A stretch of DNA of 64,000 nt from Candidatus Woesearchaeota archaeon. GTDB lineage: Archaea > Nanobdellota > Nanobdellia > Woesearchaeales > ARS49. Under the pieces are notes generated by a model. It did not search any database and had not been told where the DNA came from. It was given only the letters and a program-made list of their open reading frames with translations. Where the stretch lies: NCBI GenBank assembly GCA_038891615.1, contig JAWADY010000003.1, positions 32,001 through 96,000 of the forward strand. The letters run 5' to 3'. This document shows positions 9,696 to 19,974 of this stretch, in pieces (position 1 is the first letter of the stretch; each line of letters starts with the position of its first letter). The translations under genes were made by a program, and so were the position numbers.

Positions 9696-10318
9696 GGCAG
9701 AATTATACCGTCAAATTTAGAAGAAAGCTGAGCGGCAAGACAAATTATCACATAAGGCTCAAGCTGCTTAGTTCTGGGTTGCCCAGGCTTGTTATCCGTA
9801 AGTCTCTTCACAACCTTGTTGTCCAGATTGTGCTTTTTGAAGAGAATGGCGATAAGGTTGTTTCTTCAGCACACACGCGCGAACTCATTAAATTGGGCTG
9901 GAAAGCTTCAAGGGACAATTTGCCCGCAGCATATCTTTGCGGACTGCTTGCTGGAAAAAAGGCGCTTGCAAAAAATATTTCAAAATGCATTGCAGACATT
10001 GGAATGCAAGCCTCGACATCCGGCTCGAGGATTTATGCTGCTTTAAAAGGTGCGCTTGATGCAGGCTTAAGTATTCCTGTTGCACCAGATATTCTCCCAT
10101 CATACGAACGTGTTTCAGGGAGAGACATTGAAAGCTGGGCGCTAAAGCTTAAGCAGCAATCAGTGGAAAGATATAAAAGAGTCTTTTCGCAATACCTCAG
10201 AAACGGACTTGAGCCTGAAAGAATTTCAGAACATTTTGAACAGCTCAAGGCGAAGATAATACAAAATGTAGAGCTAAAACAAGTTGGTAAAGAAACAAAC
10301 ATCGCAACAGGGGGCTGA
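9692..10318 (+). CDS. rpl18: 50S ribosomal protein L18 (uL18)
   Basis: GKTNY, PRLVIRKS, NLPAAYLCGLL, KGALDAGL. Confidence 0.97.
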   Translation: MRQNYTVKFRRKLSGKTNYHIRLKLLSSGLPRLVIRKSLHNLVVQIVLFEENGDKVVSSAHTRELIKLGWKASRDNLPAAYLCGLLAGKKALAKNISKCIADIGMQASTSGSRIYAALKGALDAGLSIPVAPDILPSYERVSGRDIESWALKLKQQSVERYKRVFSQYLRNGLEPERISEHFEQLKAKIIQNVELKQVGKETNIATGG

Positions 10319-10325
10319 GCCTAAA

Positions 10326-11234
10326 ATGGCTGAGGACAAAAACGCTAAAGCCGCTACAAAAAAGTCAGCAAGGTTTGCTGAAGAACATGAAAAACAGATA
10401 GTCAAAACTCTTGATGTTCCAAAAGAGGCCGCACCTGCAGTTGTTCCAGTCGAAGGAGCCAAGGAGATAAAACTTGAAGTTGAAAAGGATGTTTTTACAG
10501 AAATACCCAGTGAAGAAGAGCTTGGGAAAAAAGCAAAACCAGCTTTTGATATCCTTGCATGGCAGCCAAGAACGTCAATCGGCAAGATGGTAAAGGAAGG
10601 TAAGATAACTTCGATAGACCACCTGCTTGACAATGGTCTGAGAATTCTTGAGCCTGGGATTGTTGATGCACTTCTTCCTGGACTGGAGGTCGAGCTGCTA
10701 ATGATTGGACAGTCTAAAGGAAAATTTGGCGGTGGACAAAGAAGAATTTTCAAACAAACTCAGCACAAGACTCCTGAAGGAAACAGACCAGCGTTTTCCA
10801 CAATAGCTGTTGTCGGAAATTATAATGGCTATGTTGGCTGTGGTTTTGGAAAAGCAAAGGATACCTTGCCCGCACGTGAAAAGGCAATAAGAAATGCAAA
10901 GCTTAGCATTTTCAAAATCATGAGGGGGTGTGGAAGTTGGGAATGTGGTTGTGGAACTCCGCACTCAATACCATTTATGGTTGAAGGAAAATGTGGTTCT
11001 ATTAGAATGAAGCTGCTACCTGCTCCAAAAGGAACTGGCCTTTGTGTACAGAAGGAATGTGCAAAAATGATAAAACTTGCAGGGATAAAAGACATCCATT
11101 CTGTTGTATTTGGCCAGACAAGATCTGCAATAAATCTTGTCTTTGCATGCGTTGAAGCGCTTAAGGCCTTGACAAAAAGCAAAATAAGGGCTCATGAGCG
11201 TGAAAGGTTGAGCATAGCTGAAGCAGCAGTTTGA
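10326..11234 (+). CDS. rps5: 30S ribosomal protein S5 (uS5) with long charged N-terminal extension
   Basis: WQPRTSIG, RGCGSWECGC, PAPKGTGL. Confidence 0.97.
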   Translation: MAEDKNAKAATKKSARFAEEHEKQIVKTLDVPKEAAPAVVPVEGAKEIKLEVEKDVFTEIPSEEELGKKAKPAFDILAWQPRTSIGKMVKEGKITSIDHLLDNGLRILEPGIVDALLPGLEVELLMIGQSKGKFGGGQRRIFKQTQHKTPEGNRPAFSTIAVVGNYNGYVGCGFGKAKDTLPAREKAIRNAKLSIFKIMRGCGSWECGCGTPHSIPFMVEGKCGSIRMKLLPAPKGTGLCVQKECAKMIKLAGIKDIHSVVFGQTRSAINLVFACVEALKALTKSKIRAHERERLSIAEAAV

Positions 11235-11257
11235 TGCAAAGCAGCCAAAGGTGTTAA

Positions 11258-11671
11258 ATGGCAAAGAGCAATATCTCAGCTGGCATCGGTGGGAATAAGG
11301 AAAAGTCAAAAACGACTGACAAAAAAATAGCAATTATTAGGATAAAGACATCTCCAATGGCTTCTGAAAGGGTAAATCGCACGCTGCATTTGCTTGGTCT
11401 TCACAAAAAATATTTTTGTGTGGTGAGACAAGACAGTCAGGTTTTGAGAGGAATGCTTGCAAAGGTCAGCCCATACGTGACTTGGGGAGAGATTGATGAT
11501 AAAACTCTTAAAATTCTTGAAGGCAAAAAAGGTAGTGGCAGGCGATTTTATCGACTTCATCCTCCAAGAGGTGGTTTTGAGCGAAAAGGAATCAAACTTC
11601 CTTTTAGCCTTGGTGGGGCTTACGGCGAAAGGGGAGATGCAATAAACGCTCTCATTCAGAGAATGTTATGA
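11258..11671 (+). CDS. rpl30: 50S ribosomal protein L30 (uL30)
   Basis: GMLAKV, VTWGE, RLHPPRGG, IN-LIQRM. Confidence 0.95.
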   Translation: MAKSNISAGIGGNKEKSKTTDKKIAIIRIKTSPMASERVNRTLHLLGLHKKYFCVVRQDSQVLRGMLAKVSPYVTWGEIDDKTLKILEGKKGSGRRFYRLHPPRGGFERKGIKLPFSLGGAYGERGDAINALIQRML

Positions 11672-11697
11672 TAGATTTTAGTTAAGGTGTTAAAAGA

Positions 11698-12177
11698 ATG
11701 GTTGTAAAAAAGCGCAAAAAGAACACGAGACTGAAGGGCTCCAGGAGGTGGGGCTGGGGAAGAATGCACCGAGGTTCTGGCCAGCGTGGTGGAGCTGGTA
11801 TGTCAGCAACAGGAAAGAAGGCGCAAGCAAAAAAGCCATCAGTATGGGGCACTGGCTGGCTGGGCAAGTCGGGCTTTAAGCCGAAGGGTCCCATTACAAT
11901 TTATAAACAAATTAACATAAAAGAGCTCGAGGATAGGCTTGAAAGGCTTATCGCGCTGGGAGCCGCTCGAATAGAAGGTGAGAAAATATTTATCGATCTT
12001 TCCAAGGCTGGATATAATAAGCTTCTTAGCACAGGTAAGCCAAGCCACAAGTATGTCATAAGGGTTGAGATGGCTTCTGAAAGCGCAAGGCAGAAAATAA
12101 GCGCGCTTGGTGGAAGTGTTGAGTTGGCCGATGCTAAAAAAGGCCAAAAGGCAGCAGTCGGCTTTGAGAGTAGATAA
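11698..12177 (+). CDS. rpl15: 50S ribosomal protein L15 (uL15)
   Basis: GSRRWGWG, RGSGQRGGAG, GYNKLL, KISALGG. Confidence 0.96.
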   Translation: MVVKKRKKNTRLKGSRRWGWGRMHRGSGQRGGAGMSATGKKAQAKKPSVWGTGWLGKSGFKPKGPITIYKQINIKELEDRLERLIALGAARIEGEKIFIDLSKAGYNKLLSTGKPSHKYVIRVEMASESARQKISALGGSVELADAKKGQKAAVGFESR

Positions 12178-12183
12178 CCCAAA

Positions 12184-13578
12184 ATGGGATTCATCCAAAA
12201 GCTTGCAGGGCTGTTGCCAGAGGTTGCAAGGCCAACCCAGCGAAGGCTGAGTTTTAAAGAAAAGCTAAAATGGACTTTGATAATCCTCGTGCTTTTTTTT
12301 GCGCTCTCACTTGTGCCGCTCTTTGGGCTTGGCGAAAATGCGCTTCAGCAGTTTGAGTTTCTTTCGGTCATTCTTGGAGCAAGCTTTGGTTCGCTACTTA
12401 GTCTTGGGATTGGACCATTGGTTACAGCTTCGATAGTTCTACAGCTTTTGAACGGTTCAGGACTTGTGCGTTTTGATGTTTCCACACACGAAGGGAGAGC
12501 AAACTTTCAGGCAACGCAAAAAGTCCTATCAATTTTTTTCATACTTTTTGAAGCCGCAATATATGTCTTTATGTCAGGTCTTGCGCCATCCGAAAGTCTC
12601 AGAGGTACGGCAACATACCTAGCTTTGCAGCTTATGCTCGTTTTCCAGCTTTTTCTTGGAGGGCTGCTAGTGATGCTAATGGATGAAGTTGTGAGCAAAT
12701 GGGGTTTTGGCTCAGGCATATCTCTTTTCATAGCTGCAGGGGTTTCGCAATCAATATTTATTAGAACTTTTTCCCCGCTTCCTTCTCCAACTAACCCAAG
12801 CATAATGACTGGGGCAATACCCGCGCTTTTCCAAAGCCTCGGCGCTGGAGACCCAAAAACAGCCTTTTTGATGCTCGCCGCTATCGCTGCCACTGTTGCT
12901 GTTTTTGCAATAGCTGTTTTTGCTCAGTCGATGAAAGTTGAAATCCCTTTATCTTTCGGCCGAATAAGGGGCCATGGAATCCGATGGCCATTAAGTTTCC
13001 TTTACACATCAAACATCCCAGTAATACTTGTGGCGGCGTTGCTTGCAAACATACGGCTATGGGCAAGGCTTTTTCAAAATTGGGGTTTTCCCATTCTTGG
13101 GACTTACATTGGAAATGTTCCTGCAACAGGGTTAGTCGCACTGCTTAGCCCTCCAAACATTGTTGAGAAGCTAATAAAGGGCAGCCTCACTTTTGGAGAC
13201 ATTGGTACGACGATTGTTTATCTTTCCTTTTTCATTCTGGGTTGTGTTCTTTTTGGATGGTTCTGGGTTCAGACTGCAGGAATGGATGCGAGAAGCCAGG
13301 CAAAGCAAATGATATCCTCTGGATTGCAGATTCCTGGATTCAGGAGGGATGAACGTGTACTTGAGGCTGTTCTTAACAGATATGTAACACCATTGACAGT
13401 AATGGGTTCGATAGCGGTTGGCTTGCTTGCTGCACTTGCCGATGTCTCAGGCGCACTTACATCTGGAACAGGCCTGCTTCTAACTGTCATGATTGTTTAT
13501 AGGTTGTATGAGGATATAGCTAGGCAGCACATGATGGATATGAACCCTGTGCTTAGGAAGTTTATGGGTGGTGAGTGA
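12184..13578 (+). CDS. secY: Preprotein translocase subunit SecY
   Basis: LGIGPLVTASIVLQLL, SKWGFGSGISLFI, YTSNIPVIL, IPGFRRD, GTGLLLTV. Confidence 0.98.
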   Translation: MGFIQKLAGLLPEVARPTQRRLSFKEKLKWTLIILVLFFALSLVPLFGLGENALQQFEFLSVILGASFGSLLSLGIGPLVTASIVLQLLNGSGLVRFDVSTHEGRANFQATQKVLSIFFILFEAAIYVFMSGLAPSESLRGTATYLALQLMLVFQLFLGGLLVMLMDEVVSKWGFGSGISLFIAAGVSQSIFIRTFSPLPSPTNPSIMTGAIPALFQSLGAGDPKTAFLMLAAIAATVAVFAIAVFAQSMKVEIPLSFGRIRGHGIRWPLSFLYTSNIPVILVAALLANIRLWARLFQNWGFPILGTYIGNVPATGLVALLSPPNIVEKLIKGSLTFGDIGTTIVYLSFFILGCVLFGWFWVQTAGMDARSQAKQMISSGLQIPGFRRDERVLEAVLNRYVTPLTVMGSIAVGLLAALADVSGALTSGTGLLLTVMIVYRLYEDIARQHMMDMNPVLRKFMGGE

Positions 13579-13582
13579 ACAA

Positions 13583-14344
13583 ATGGTTTTGGGCTTTATT
13601 AACAAACTGTTCGATTTTCTTTTTGGGCCCCTGCTAAAGCTTTCACCTCTCTTGACAGTCCTTGTGATATCTTTTGTTATTTCGCTCCTAACCGTGCTTA
13701 TCTACAAGTGGACCACAAACCAACAGCTTATGAAACAACTCAAGGAAGAACTAAAAGCCTTTCAGCAACAAATTAGGCAACTCAAAGATCACCCAGAGGA
13801 AGCACTTGAGGTTCAGAAAAAAATGATGGAAACAAACATGAGATATATGAGACACTCATTCAAGCCAATGCTATTTACTTTCCTGCCAATAATCCTTCTT
13901 TTTGGCTGGATGAATGCCCATCTTGCTTATGAGCCAATCAAGCCTGGTCAGGAATTTTCTGTAGCACTTAATTTTGCAAAAGGAACGCGCGGAAGCCTTA
14001 ATGTCAGCTTGCCTGAAGGACTCACACTCCTAGAAAACAAAACAGTTGAGTTAGAGAGCGATACTACAATCCTTAGAATGAAGGCTGAGAAAGAGGGACG
14101 CTATCTTCTTGAGTTTGATATAGAAGGGAAAAGCTATACAAAAGAGCTTCTGGTATCTACGCAAAGAGTTTATGCAAAACCAATTGAATCCTATAGGACC
14201 CTTCCTCTAAAATCAATCAGAATAGGCAACCCCCCTGCAAAACTCTTGAATCTTGGCTTTGTCAGGCTCGGTTGGCTCTGGACTTATATACTTTTCTCAA
14301 TAACTTTTTCCATCCTTTTGAGAAAAGCTTTAAGGGTTTACTGA
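13583..14344 (+). CDS. DUF106 / EMC3-Get1-TMCO1 (Oxa1 superfamily) membrane protein with an inserted soluble domain
   Basis: TM, coiled coil, FKPMLFTFLPII TM, insert, GWLWTYILFS TM; canonical position after secY. Confidence 0.85.
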   Translation: MVLGFINKLFDFLFGPLLKLSPLLTVLVISFVISLLTVLIYKWTTNQQLMKQLKEELKAFQQQIRQLKDHPEEALEVQKKMMETNMRYMRHSFKPMLFTFLPIILLFGWMNAHLAYEPIKPGQEFSVALNFAKGTRGSLNVSLPEGLTLLENKTVELESDTTILRMKAEKEGRYLLEFDIEGKSYTKELLVSTQRVYAKPIESYRTLPLKSIRIGNPPAKLLNLGFVRLGWLWTYILFSITFSILLRKALRVY

Positions 14345-14363
14345 AAAGCTTCTACTAAACCAC

Positions 14364-15635
14364 TCAGAGCTGTTCTCCACTTATTATGTTTACTCGACTT
14401 TCCTCAGCACTAGTGCTGTTATACCTTGCAATGATGTGTACAATTCCTGTTCTTTCTGCAATTTTTACGAGCTCTTTGTCAACACTGCCGTCAAGCACCA
14501 CCGCATAAACTCCTTTTCCAAGAGAGTTTAAAGTGGTGTTTAGTTCAGTGATTGGAACTTTGCCAAGAATGTTCATGTTGTTGTCGAGGATGAATGCGCC
14601 GTGAGTACCTATAAGGTCATCAAGCATTTGCCTAAATTTTTCCAGCTCTTGTTCACCAAGCTTTGTTTGAGGGATTGTTTCTATGTTTTTTGGCTGCAAA
14701 GGTGCCTTGACTGATTGTGCCAATGTAGGCTTTAATTGTAGCTGGCCCATTATTGGCGCTAACGTTTGCTTCCTTATCGCATTTCGCGTGTCGTTTGCTG
14801 GAAGTGCAAGCTCTAACCTCGCCTGTTCGGCTGTTATTTTTCCACGCAAAGCCTTATGAATTTCCTTTTTCGTGAGTTCCTCAACCTCCTTTCCATCAGG
14901 CGCACGTGCTACATAATCTACGTCTGCAACATTAAGAAGCTCCTTCACTATAAGACTTCCTCCCCTATCGCCATCTACAAACGCCACAAGTTCTTTTTTC
15001 CTGCTTAGCTCTATGATTGTTTTTGGGCAACTTGTGCCATTCATTGCTATTACATTCTTAAAGCCATGCTTCAGAAGGTTTAGAACATCTGCTCTGCCTT
15101 CAACAACAATTATCTCATCAGACTCGTCTATTGCAGAACCAGCAGGGAGCCTGTCAACACCATATTCCTGAATCTCCATCATCCTGACAGAGTGTGCAAC
15201 CTCGTCAGCAATCTCTTGACTGTCTGGAAGGACGTTGTCCATCAGCGTCTTGAGCAGCTCTTTTGCCCTTTCAATAATAAAGTTCCTCTTTGAAACTCTG
15301 ACATCCTCAATATTTTGTATCTTTACTCTGGCATTGCATGGGCCTATTCTTTGGATTACTTCAAGCGATGCAGCAATTATTGAAGTTTCTGCCTTATCAA
15401 GAGAGCTTGGAATGATTATCGTCCCAACAGTTTTGCCAGACCTTGTGTCAACGTTAACTTCGATTCGTCCAATCCTGCCAGAACGTTGGAGCTCTCTCAG
15501 CTCAAGCTCAGGGCCAAGAAGGCCTTCTGTTTGGCCAAAGATAGCGCCTATGACATCTGGTCTATCCACAACGCCATCGATTTCGATTGTTGAGTGTATG
15601 ATGTACTTTGATGAAACAGGGCTGATTTTGCCCAT
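14364..15635 (-). CDS. dnaG: Archaeal DnaG (primase-like, exosome-associated)
   Basis: DVIGAIFGQTEGLLG, TOPRIM VVEGRADV and DGDRGG. Confidence 0.97.
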   Translation of the reverse strand: MGKISPVSSKYIIHSTIEIDGVVDRPDVIGAIFGQTEGLLGPELELRELQRSGRIGRIEVNVDTRSGKTVGTIIIPSSLDKAETSIIAASLEVIQRIGPCNARVKIQNIEDVRVSKRNFIIERAKELLKTLMDNVLPDSQEIADEVAHSVRMMEIQEYGVDRLPAGSAIDESDEIIVVEGRADVLNLLKHGFKNVIAMNGTSCPKTIIELSRKKELVAFVDGDRGGSLIVKELLNVADVDYVARAPDGKEVEELTKKEIHKALRGKITAEQARLELALPANDTRNAIRKQTLAPIMGQLQLKPTLAQSVKAPLQPKNIETIPQTKLGEQELEKFRQMLDDLIGTHGAFILDNNMNILGKVPITELNTTLNSLGKGVYAVVLDGSVDKELVKIAERTGIVHIIARYNSTSAEESRVNIISGEQL

Positions 15636-15860
15636 TGGAATCCCTCCTCATAAGCTTTTATAGGTAGAACGAGCCAGCACTACACCCTAACCTTGTTTAT
15701 CTTATGAGACTTTTCATTTTTCCTGAACTAGGTGAACAAATGAACATCATGCGGCTATTCTACCATTACCCCTTCATATGTTTTGTAGCCCGGCACTAAC
15801 CCCCGGGTTCATTGCTTGGTTTTACCGTATGCTCCCCAAGGTGCTTTCTGTGGCGGGCTT
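15636..15860 (-). promoter_or_regulatory. Long structured 5' leader of dnaG (riboswitch-like)
   Basis: Three-way junction 15860-15786, ~100-nt hairpin 15764-15663, 8-bp anti-RBS complement; TATA at 15889-15882. Confidence 0.55.
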
Positions 15861-15881
15861 CTCCTCCTCAACACATTCAAA

Positions 15882-15889
15882 TATTTAAA
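15882..15889 (-). promoter_or_regulatory. BRE/TATA promoter of dnaG
   Basis: CAAAGA-TTTAAATA on the minus strand. Confidence 0.65.
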
Positions 15890-15943
15890 TCTTTGCCTGT
15901 GCCTTGATTAAGCTTTAAAAAGCAGCCTTCCAATCCTCTTGGA

Positions 15944-16663
15944 ATGCCACGTATTCCACGGGAAAGATGGAAAACGCTTAAATGGGTTTTCGACCTTTTT
16001 ACAGAGCAGGTGCTGTTCAAACTAATCTCTAAGGGAATTTTTGATGGACTTGAGAGCCCGCTTCAAATGGGTAAAGAGGCAAACATCTTCACTGCCCTAA
16101 CCTCTACAGGAGAGCGTGTGATTGTAAAAATCTATAGGCTCACTACTGCTGATTTTAAGAAAATGTATCAGTATCTTGCCACAGACCCAAGATATGCTGG
16201 GCTGCGAAAGAACCGTCGAAAGGTCATTTTTGCTTGGGCCCAGCGTGAATACAGAAATCTCCTCAAAGCGTATGAAGCAGGGGTTCCAGTTCCAAAACCA
16301 AAAGCACAACTCTTTAATGTTCTGGTGATGGCTTTCGTTGGAGATTTAGAACCAGCTCCGATGCTTAAGGACTGCCCGCCAAAATATCCCCGAAAGTTTT
16401 TTAATGAATTAGTGATGTCATTAAAAAAGCTCTATAAGGCAGGTTTGGTGCATGGCGACCTTTCAGCATTCAACATACTAAATCACAATGAAAAGCCTGT
16501 TTTTATAGATATGTCGCAAGCAACAACTCTGATGGACCCAAATGCACGTACATATCTTAAAAGAGACATAGCAAATCTCGCTCGCTTTTTCAAAAAGGTT
16601 GGATTGCGCATTGAAGAAGAGGCTTTAATAAAAAAGATAATGCAGGAAGCGCCTGAGGAGTAA
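15944..16663 (+). CDS. rio1: RIO1 family Ser/Thr kinase
   Basis: GKEANIF, VKIY, VHGDLSAFNIL, IDMSQA; TATA 30 nt upstream of ATG. Confidence 0.95.
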   Translation: MPRIPRERWKTLKWVFDLFTEQVLFKLISKGIFDGLESPLQMGKEANIFTALTSTGERVIVKIYRLTTADFKKMYQYLATDPRYAGLRKNRRKVIFAWAQREYRNLLKAYEAGVPVPKPKAQLFNVLVMAFVGDLEPAPMLKDCPPKYPRKFFNELVMSLKKLYKAGLVHGDLSAFNILNHNEKPVFIDMSQATTLMDPNARTYLKRDIANLARFFKKVGLRIEEEALIKKIMQEAPEE

Positions 16664-16664
16664 A

Positions 16665-17213
16665 ATGACTGAGGAAGTAGAATATCATTATGAACTTAAA
16701 ATAGCGAAAGATAGAATTGCTGTCCTAATTGGAAAAGGAGGAGAAACAAAAAGAAGACTTGAAAAATTGACTGGAACAAAGATAGATGTTAGTTCGCAGG
16801 AAGGCGATGTCATGCTTTCTGGCAAGGATCCGATCGGTCTATATTCAGCAAAAGAGATTGTAACCGCGATTGGAAGGGGATTTAATCCAGATGTTGCTAA
16901 ACAGCTTGTTAAACAGGACTATGGCTTTGAAATAATTAACCTTGGTGAACTTGCAACAACAAAAGACCAGCTGAATAGGCTAAGGGGGAGAGTGATAGGG
17001 GAAGGGGGCAAAGGTCGAAAGACCATTGAAAGGCTAACAGATTCGAACATTGCTGTCTATGGCAAAACAATTGGAATAATAGGTAGGGTTGAGATGCTGC
17101 CGCTCGCGCGCAGAGCAATAGAATCGTTATTAGCTGGTTCGAAGCATGCAACAGTTTATAAATGGTTGGAAAAGAGGGGTAAAGAACTAAAGATAAGAAG
17201 TTATGAGAGGTGA
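16665..17213 (+). CDS. KH-domain RNA-processing protein (Dim2/Pno1/Krr1-like)
   Basis: [31 protein letters not shown]; follows rio1. Confidence 0.93.
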   Translation: MTEEVEYHYELKIAKDRIAVLIGKGGETKRRLEKLTGTKIDVSSQEGDVMLSGKDPIGLYSAKEIVTAIGRGFNPDVAKQLVKQDYGFEIINLGELATTKDQLNRLRGRVIGEGGKGRKTIERLTDSNIAVYGKTIGIIGRVEMLPLARRAIESLLAGSKHATVYKWLEKRGKELKIRSYER

Positions 17214-17215
17214 GT

Positions 17216-18856
17216 ATGGCAAAAGAAAAGGAAGAAAGTGGCCACCCGGTTGCTCTTGAGCTGGCAAAAAAACAAAGAGAGATTTCAGTAGCCGAATTCT
17301 TCGAGAGAAATAGGCACCTTCTTGGTTTTGATAACAAGAAGAAGGCACTACTTACCGTTGTTAAGGAAGCGGTAGACAATAGCCTCGATGCTTGCGAAGA
17401 AGCTAGGATTCTTCCTGATATTTCTGTTCAACTTATACAAATGTCTGAAGAGCGTTATAGGGTTATCGTTGAGGACAACGGACCTGGGATTGTCAAAACA
17501 CAGATACCTCTTGTGTTTGGGCGGCTGCTGTATGGAAGCAAATTCCATACAATGAGACAACAACGTGGCCAGCAGGGAATTGGCATCTCTGCCGCAGTTC
17601 TATACGGGCAACTAACAACAGGAAGAACCACCAAGATTCTCTCAAAAATCTCTCCAAAACAGCCCGCACATTACTATGAGCTTCAGATAGATACCACAAA
17701 GAATGAGCCTGTTGTTATTAAAGAAGAGGAGTTGGAATGGAAAAAAGAACACGGGACAAGAATAGAAATGGATATAGAAGCAAGCTATCAAAAGGGTGAG
17801 CAATCTGTTGATGCCTATTTAAAGGAAACAGCCATAGTAAATCCCCATGCAACGATTGTTTATACAAACCCCCGGGCAGAGCAATTGGTTTTCCCCAGAG
17901 CAACAGACCAGCTTCCAAGGATGCCCATCGAGATAAAGCCGCATCCTTATGGTGTTGAGACTGGGCTAATGCTAAAGATGCTCAAAAGCACACAATTTAG
18001 GACGCTCCAAGCCTTTCTAACAAATTCCTTCTCTAGGGTCGGGCCGGGAACAGCGAAAGAAATTTGTGCCAATGCAAGCTTACCAACCGATGCAAGGCCA
18101 ACCGAACTATCTCTTCCTGAGGTTGAGAGGTTAATTGATGGTATAAAGAAGACAAAGATAATTGCGCCTCCAACCGATTGCATTGTTCCAATAGGCAGTT
18201 CTTTGCTTGAGAAGGGGCTCCGCAAGGAGGTTTCTGCAGAGTTTTACACATCTGTGACAAGAAGCCCTGAAGTATATAGAGGAATTCCTTTTGTGGTTGA
18301 GTGTGCTTTTGCTTATGGAGGTGGTCAAGCAAGTGATCAGCCTGTCCGTCTTCTCCGTTTTGCAAATAGAGTTCCACTGCTCTATCAGCAGAGCGCGTGT
18401 GCAATATTCAAATCTGTTGTCATGACAAACTGGAAAATATATGGCCTTCAACAAAGCCCTGGAGCCTTGCCGATTGGCCCATTGACTATAGCTGTTCACC
18501 TTGCCTCAGTTTGGCCTCCCTTCACTTCAGAAGCCAAAGAGGCAATAGCACACTATCCTGAGATAATGAAGGAGGTAAAACTTGCTCTTCAGGAGTGTGG
18601 CAGAGAACTTGGGATTTATATAAACAAGAAGCGAAGAGTCGGGCTTGAGCAAGAACGCGTCAATATTTTTGAGCGTTATATTCCTGAAGTCGCGGCGTCT
18701 CTTGCAAAGCTTTCAGGTGAAAAAAAAGAGAAAATAGAAGAGCAAATGAAAAAGATGCTGAAAAAAAACAAGGAGTTCATAGCCGCACACCAGAGCGTTA
18801 CTGTGGTTGAAAAAGAGGATGGCGTTGAAATAAAAGGGTCTTTTGACGAGGATTAA
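17216..18856 (+). CDS. top6B: DNA topoisomerase VI subunit B
   Basis: GHKL motifs [24 protein letters not shown]; FANRVPL. Confidence 0.97.
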   Translation: MAKEKEESGHPVALELAKKQREISVAEFFERNRHLLGFDNKKKALLTVVKEAVDNSLDACEEARILPDISVQLIQMSEERYRVIVEDNGPGIVKTQIPLVFGRLLYGSKFHTMRQQRGQQGIGISAAVLYGQLTTGRTTKILSKISPKQPAHYYELQIDTTKNEPVVIKEEELEWKKEHGTRIEMDIEASYQKGEQSVDAYLKETAIVNPHATIVYTNPRAEQLVFPRATDQLPRMPIEIKPHPYGVETGLMLKMLKSTQFRTLQAFLTNSFSRVGPGTAKEICANASLPTDARPTELSLPEVERLIDGIKKTKIIAPPTDCIVPIGSSLLEKGLRKEVSAEFYTSVTRSPEVYRGIPFVVECAFAYGGGQASDQPVRLLRFANRVPLLYQQSACAIFKSVVMTNWKIYGLQQSPGALPIGPLTIAVHLASVWPPFTSEAKEAIAHYPEIMKEVKLALQECGRELGIYINKKRRVGLEQERVNIFERYIPEVAASLAKLSGEKKEKIEEQMKKMLKKNKEFIAAHQSVTVVEKEDGVEIKGSFDED

Positions 18857-18858
18857 AT

Positions 18859-19935
18859 ATGTCCGAAGCTGTGAAAAAGCTTACAGGGTTTGGGAAAAAG
18901 CTTGTTGACGAGATAGAGAAAGGACAACAGCCAAAGATAGTTGTACCTGTACGTGCGCTTAGCAACATAAGGTTTAATCAAAAAACAAAAACCCTCGAGC
19001 TTGGAAATAAAACAGCAGAAAGACAATTTTTCAATGTTGGGCATGCAAAGAGATTTATGCAGACTGTCGAAGTTGCAGCAATTTCAAAAGAGCTTCTTGA
19101 GACTGGAAAGCACGCATCATTAAGAGATGTTTTTTATATGGCAAAAAGGACAATTCCTGGAACAAACATAAACATTGTTGATGACCAGGTGGAGTCGGAC
19201 AAGGCAATAGAAGACCTAGAACTTATAACTGAACTTTCACGGGAGCAGCTCAACATAAATGCAAATAAGAACGGCTCGGTTGCGGGTAATGTTGTAATAG
19301 AAGACAAGGGAGACAGGATTGACTGGGCAAAAATGGGTTCAGGAGGATGGTCTATACCATCAAATGTTGAGGAAATAGTTTTCAAAAAAGTTGATGCAAG
19401 GTATGTTCTTTACATGGAAAAGGCAGCGGTTTGGGAGAGACTGCATGAGGACAAGTTCTGGGCAAAACACAACTGCATTATAATCTCATCTCAGGGACAG
19501 ACAACGAGAGGAATCCGTAGGCTTCTCCAGAGACTGAGCCTTGAACATGAACTTCCAATATATGTGCTTACTGATTTTGACAGCTGGGGTCACTACATCT
19601 ATTCTGTTATCAAGTTCGGCTCTATCAACCTTGCGCACATTTCTGAAAAGATGACCATTCCAACTGTTAAATTCTTAGGAATCACCTCAGGAGACATTGA
19701 AAAATATGGCTTAAAAAGGCATTTCATAAAGTTGAACGAACAGGATCTTGCAAGGCTTAAACAGATTTCTGCGTATGAATGGTTTGTCAAAAACAAGCAA
19801 TGGCAGCACGAGTTTGAGATGATGAAGCAGTATGGTGCAAAGGTTGAGATACAAGCCCTTTCTTCAAGGGGTATAAGTTTCATTTCAGAGAAGTATCTTC
19901 CAGAAAAGATAAAAAATCAAGATTGGATTGAGTGA
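18859..19935 (+). CDS. top6A: DNA topoisomerase VI subunit A
   Basis: LRDVFY catalytic-Tyr motif, EK, TOPRIM DFD, EIQAL. Confidence 0.96.
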   Translation: MSEAVKKLTGFGKKLVDEIEKGQQPKIVVPVRALSNIRFNQKTKTLELGNKTAERQFFNVGHAKRFMQTVEVAAISKELLETGKHASLRDVFYMAKRTIPGTNINIVDDQVESDKAIEDLELITELSREQLNINANKNGSVAGNVVIEDKGDRIDWAKMGSGGWSIPSNVEEIVFKKVDARYVLYMEKAAVWERLHEDKFWAKHNCIIISSQGQTTRGIRRLLQRLSLEHELPIYVLTDFDSWGHYIYSVIKFGSINLAHISEKMTIPTVKFLGITSGDIEKYGLKRHFIKLNEQDLARLKQISAYEWFVKNKQWQHEFEMMKQYGAKVEIQALSSRGISFISEKYLPEKIKNQDWIE

Positions 19936-19974
19936 TAAGCTTGGTTCCGAAGGTGAAGGCTTGATTGGATAAAA

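Noticed and set aside
15660-15870. RNase P RNA (GAGGAGAAGCCC and GCCACAGAAA resemble CR-I/CR-II)
   Set aside because: The motifs are adjacent with no room for P5-P11, no CR-V/P4 partner was found, and the CR-I-like part lies upstream of the predicted TSS; a cmsearch would settle it
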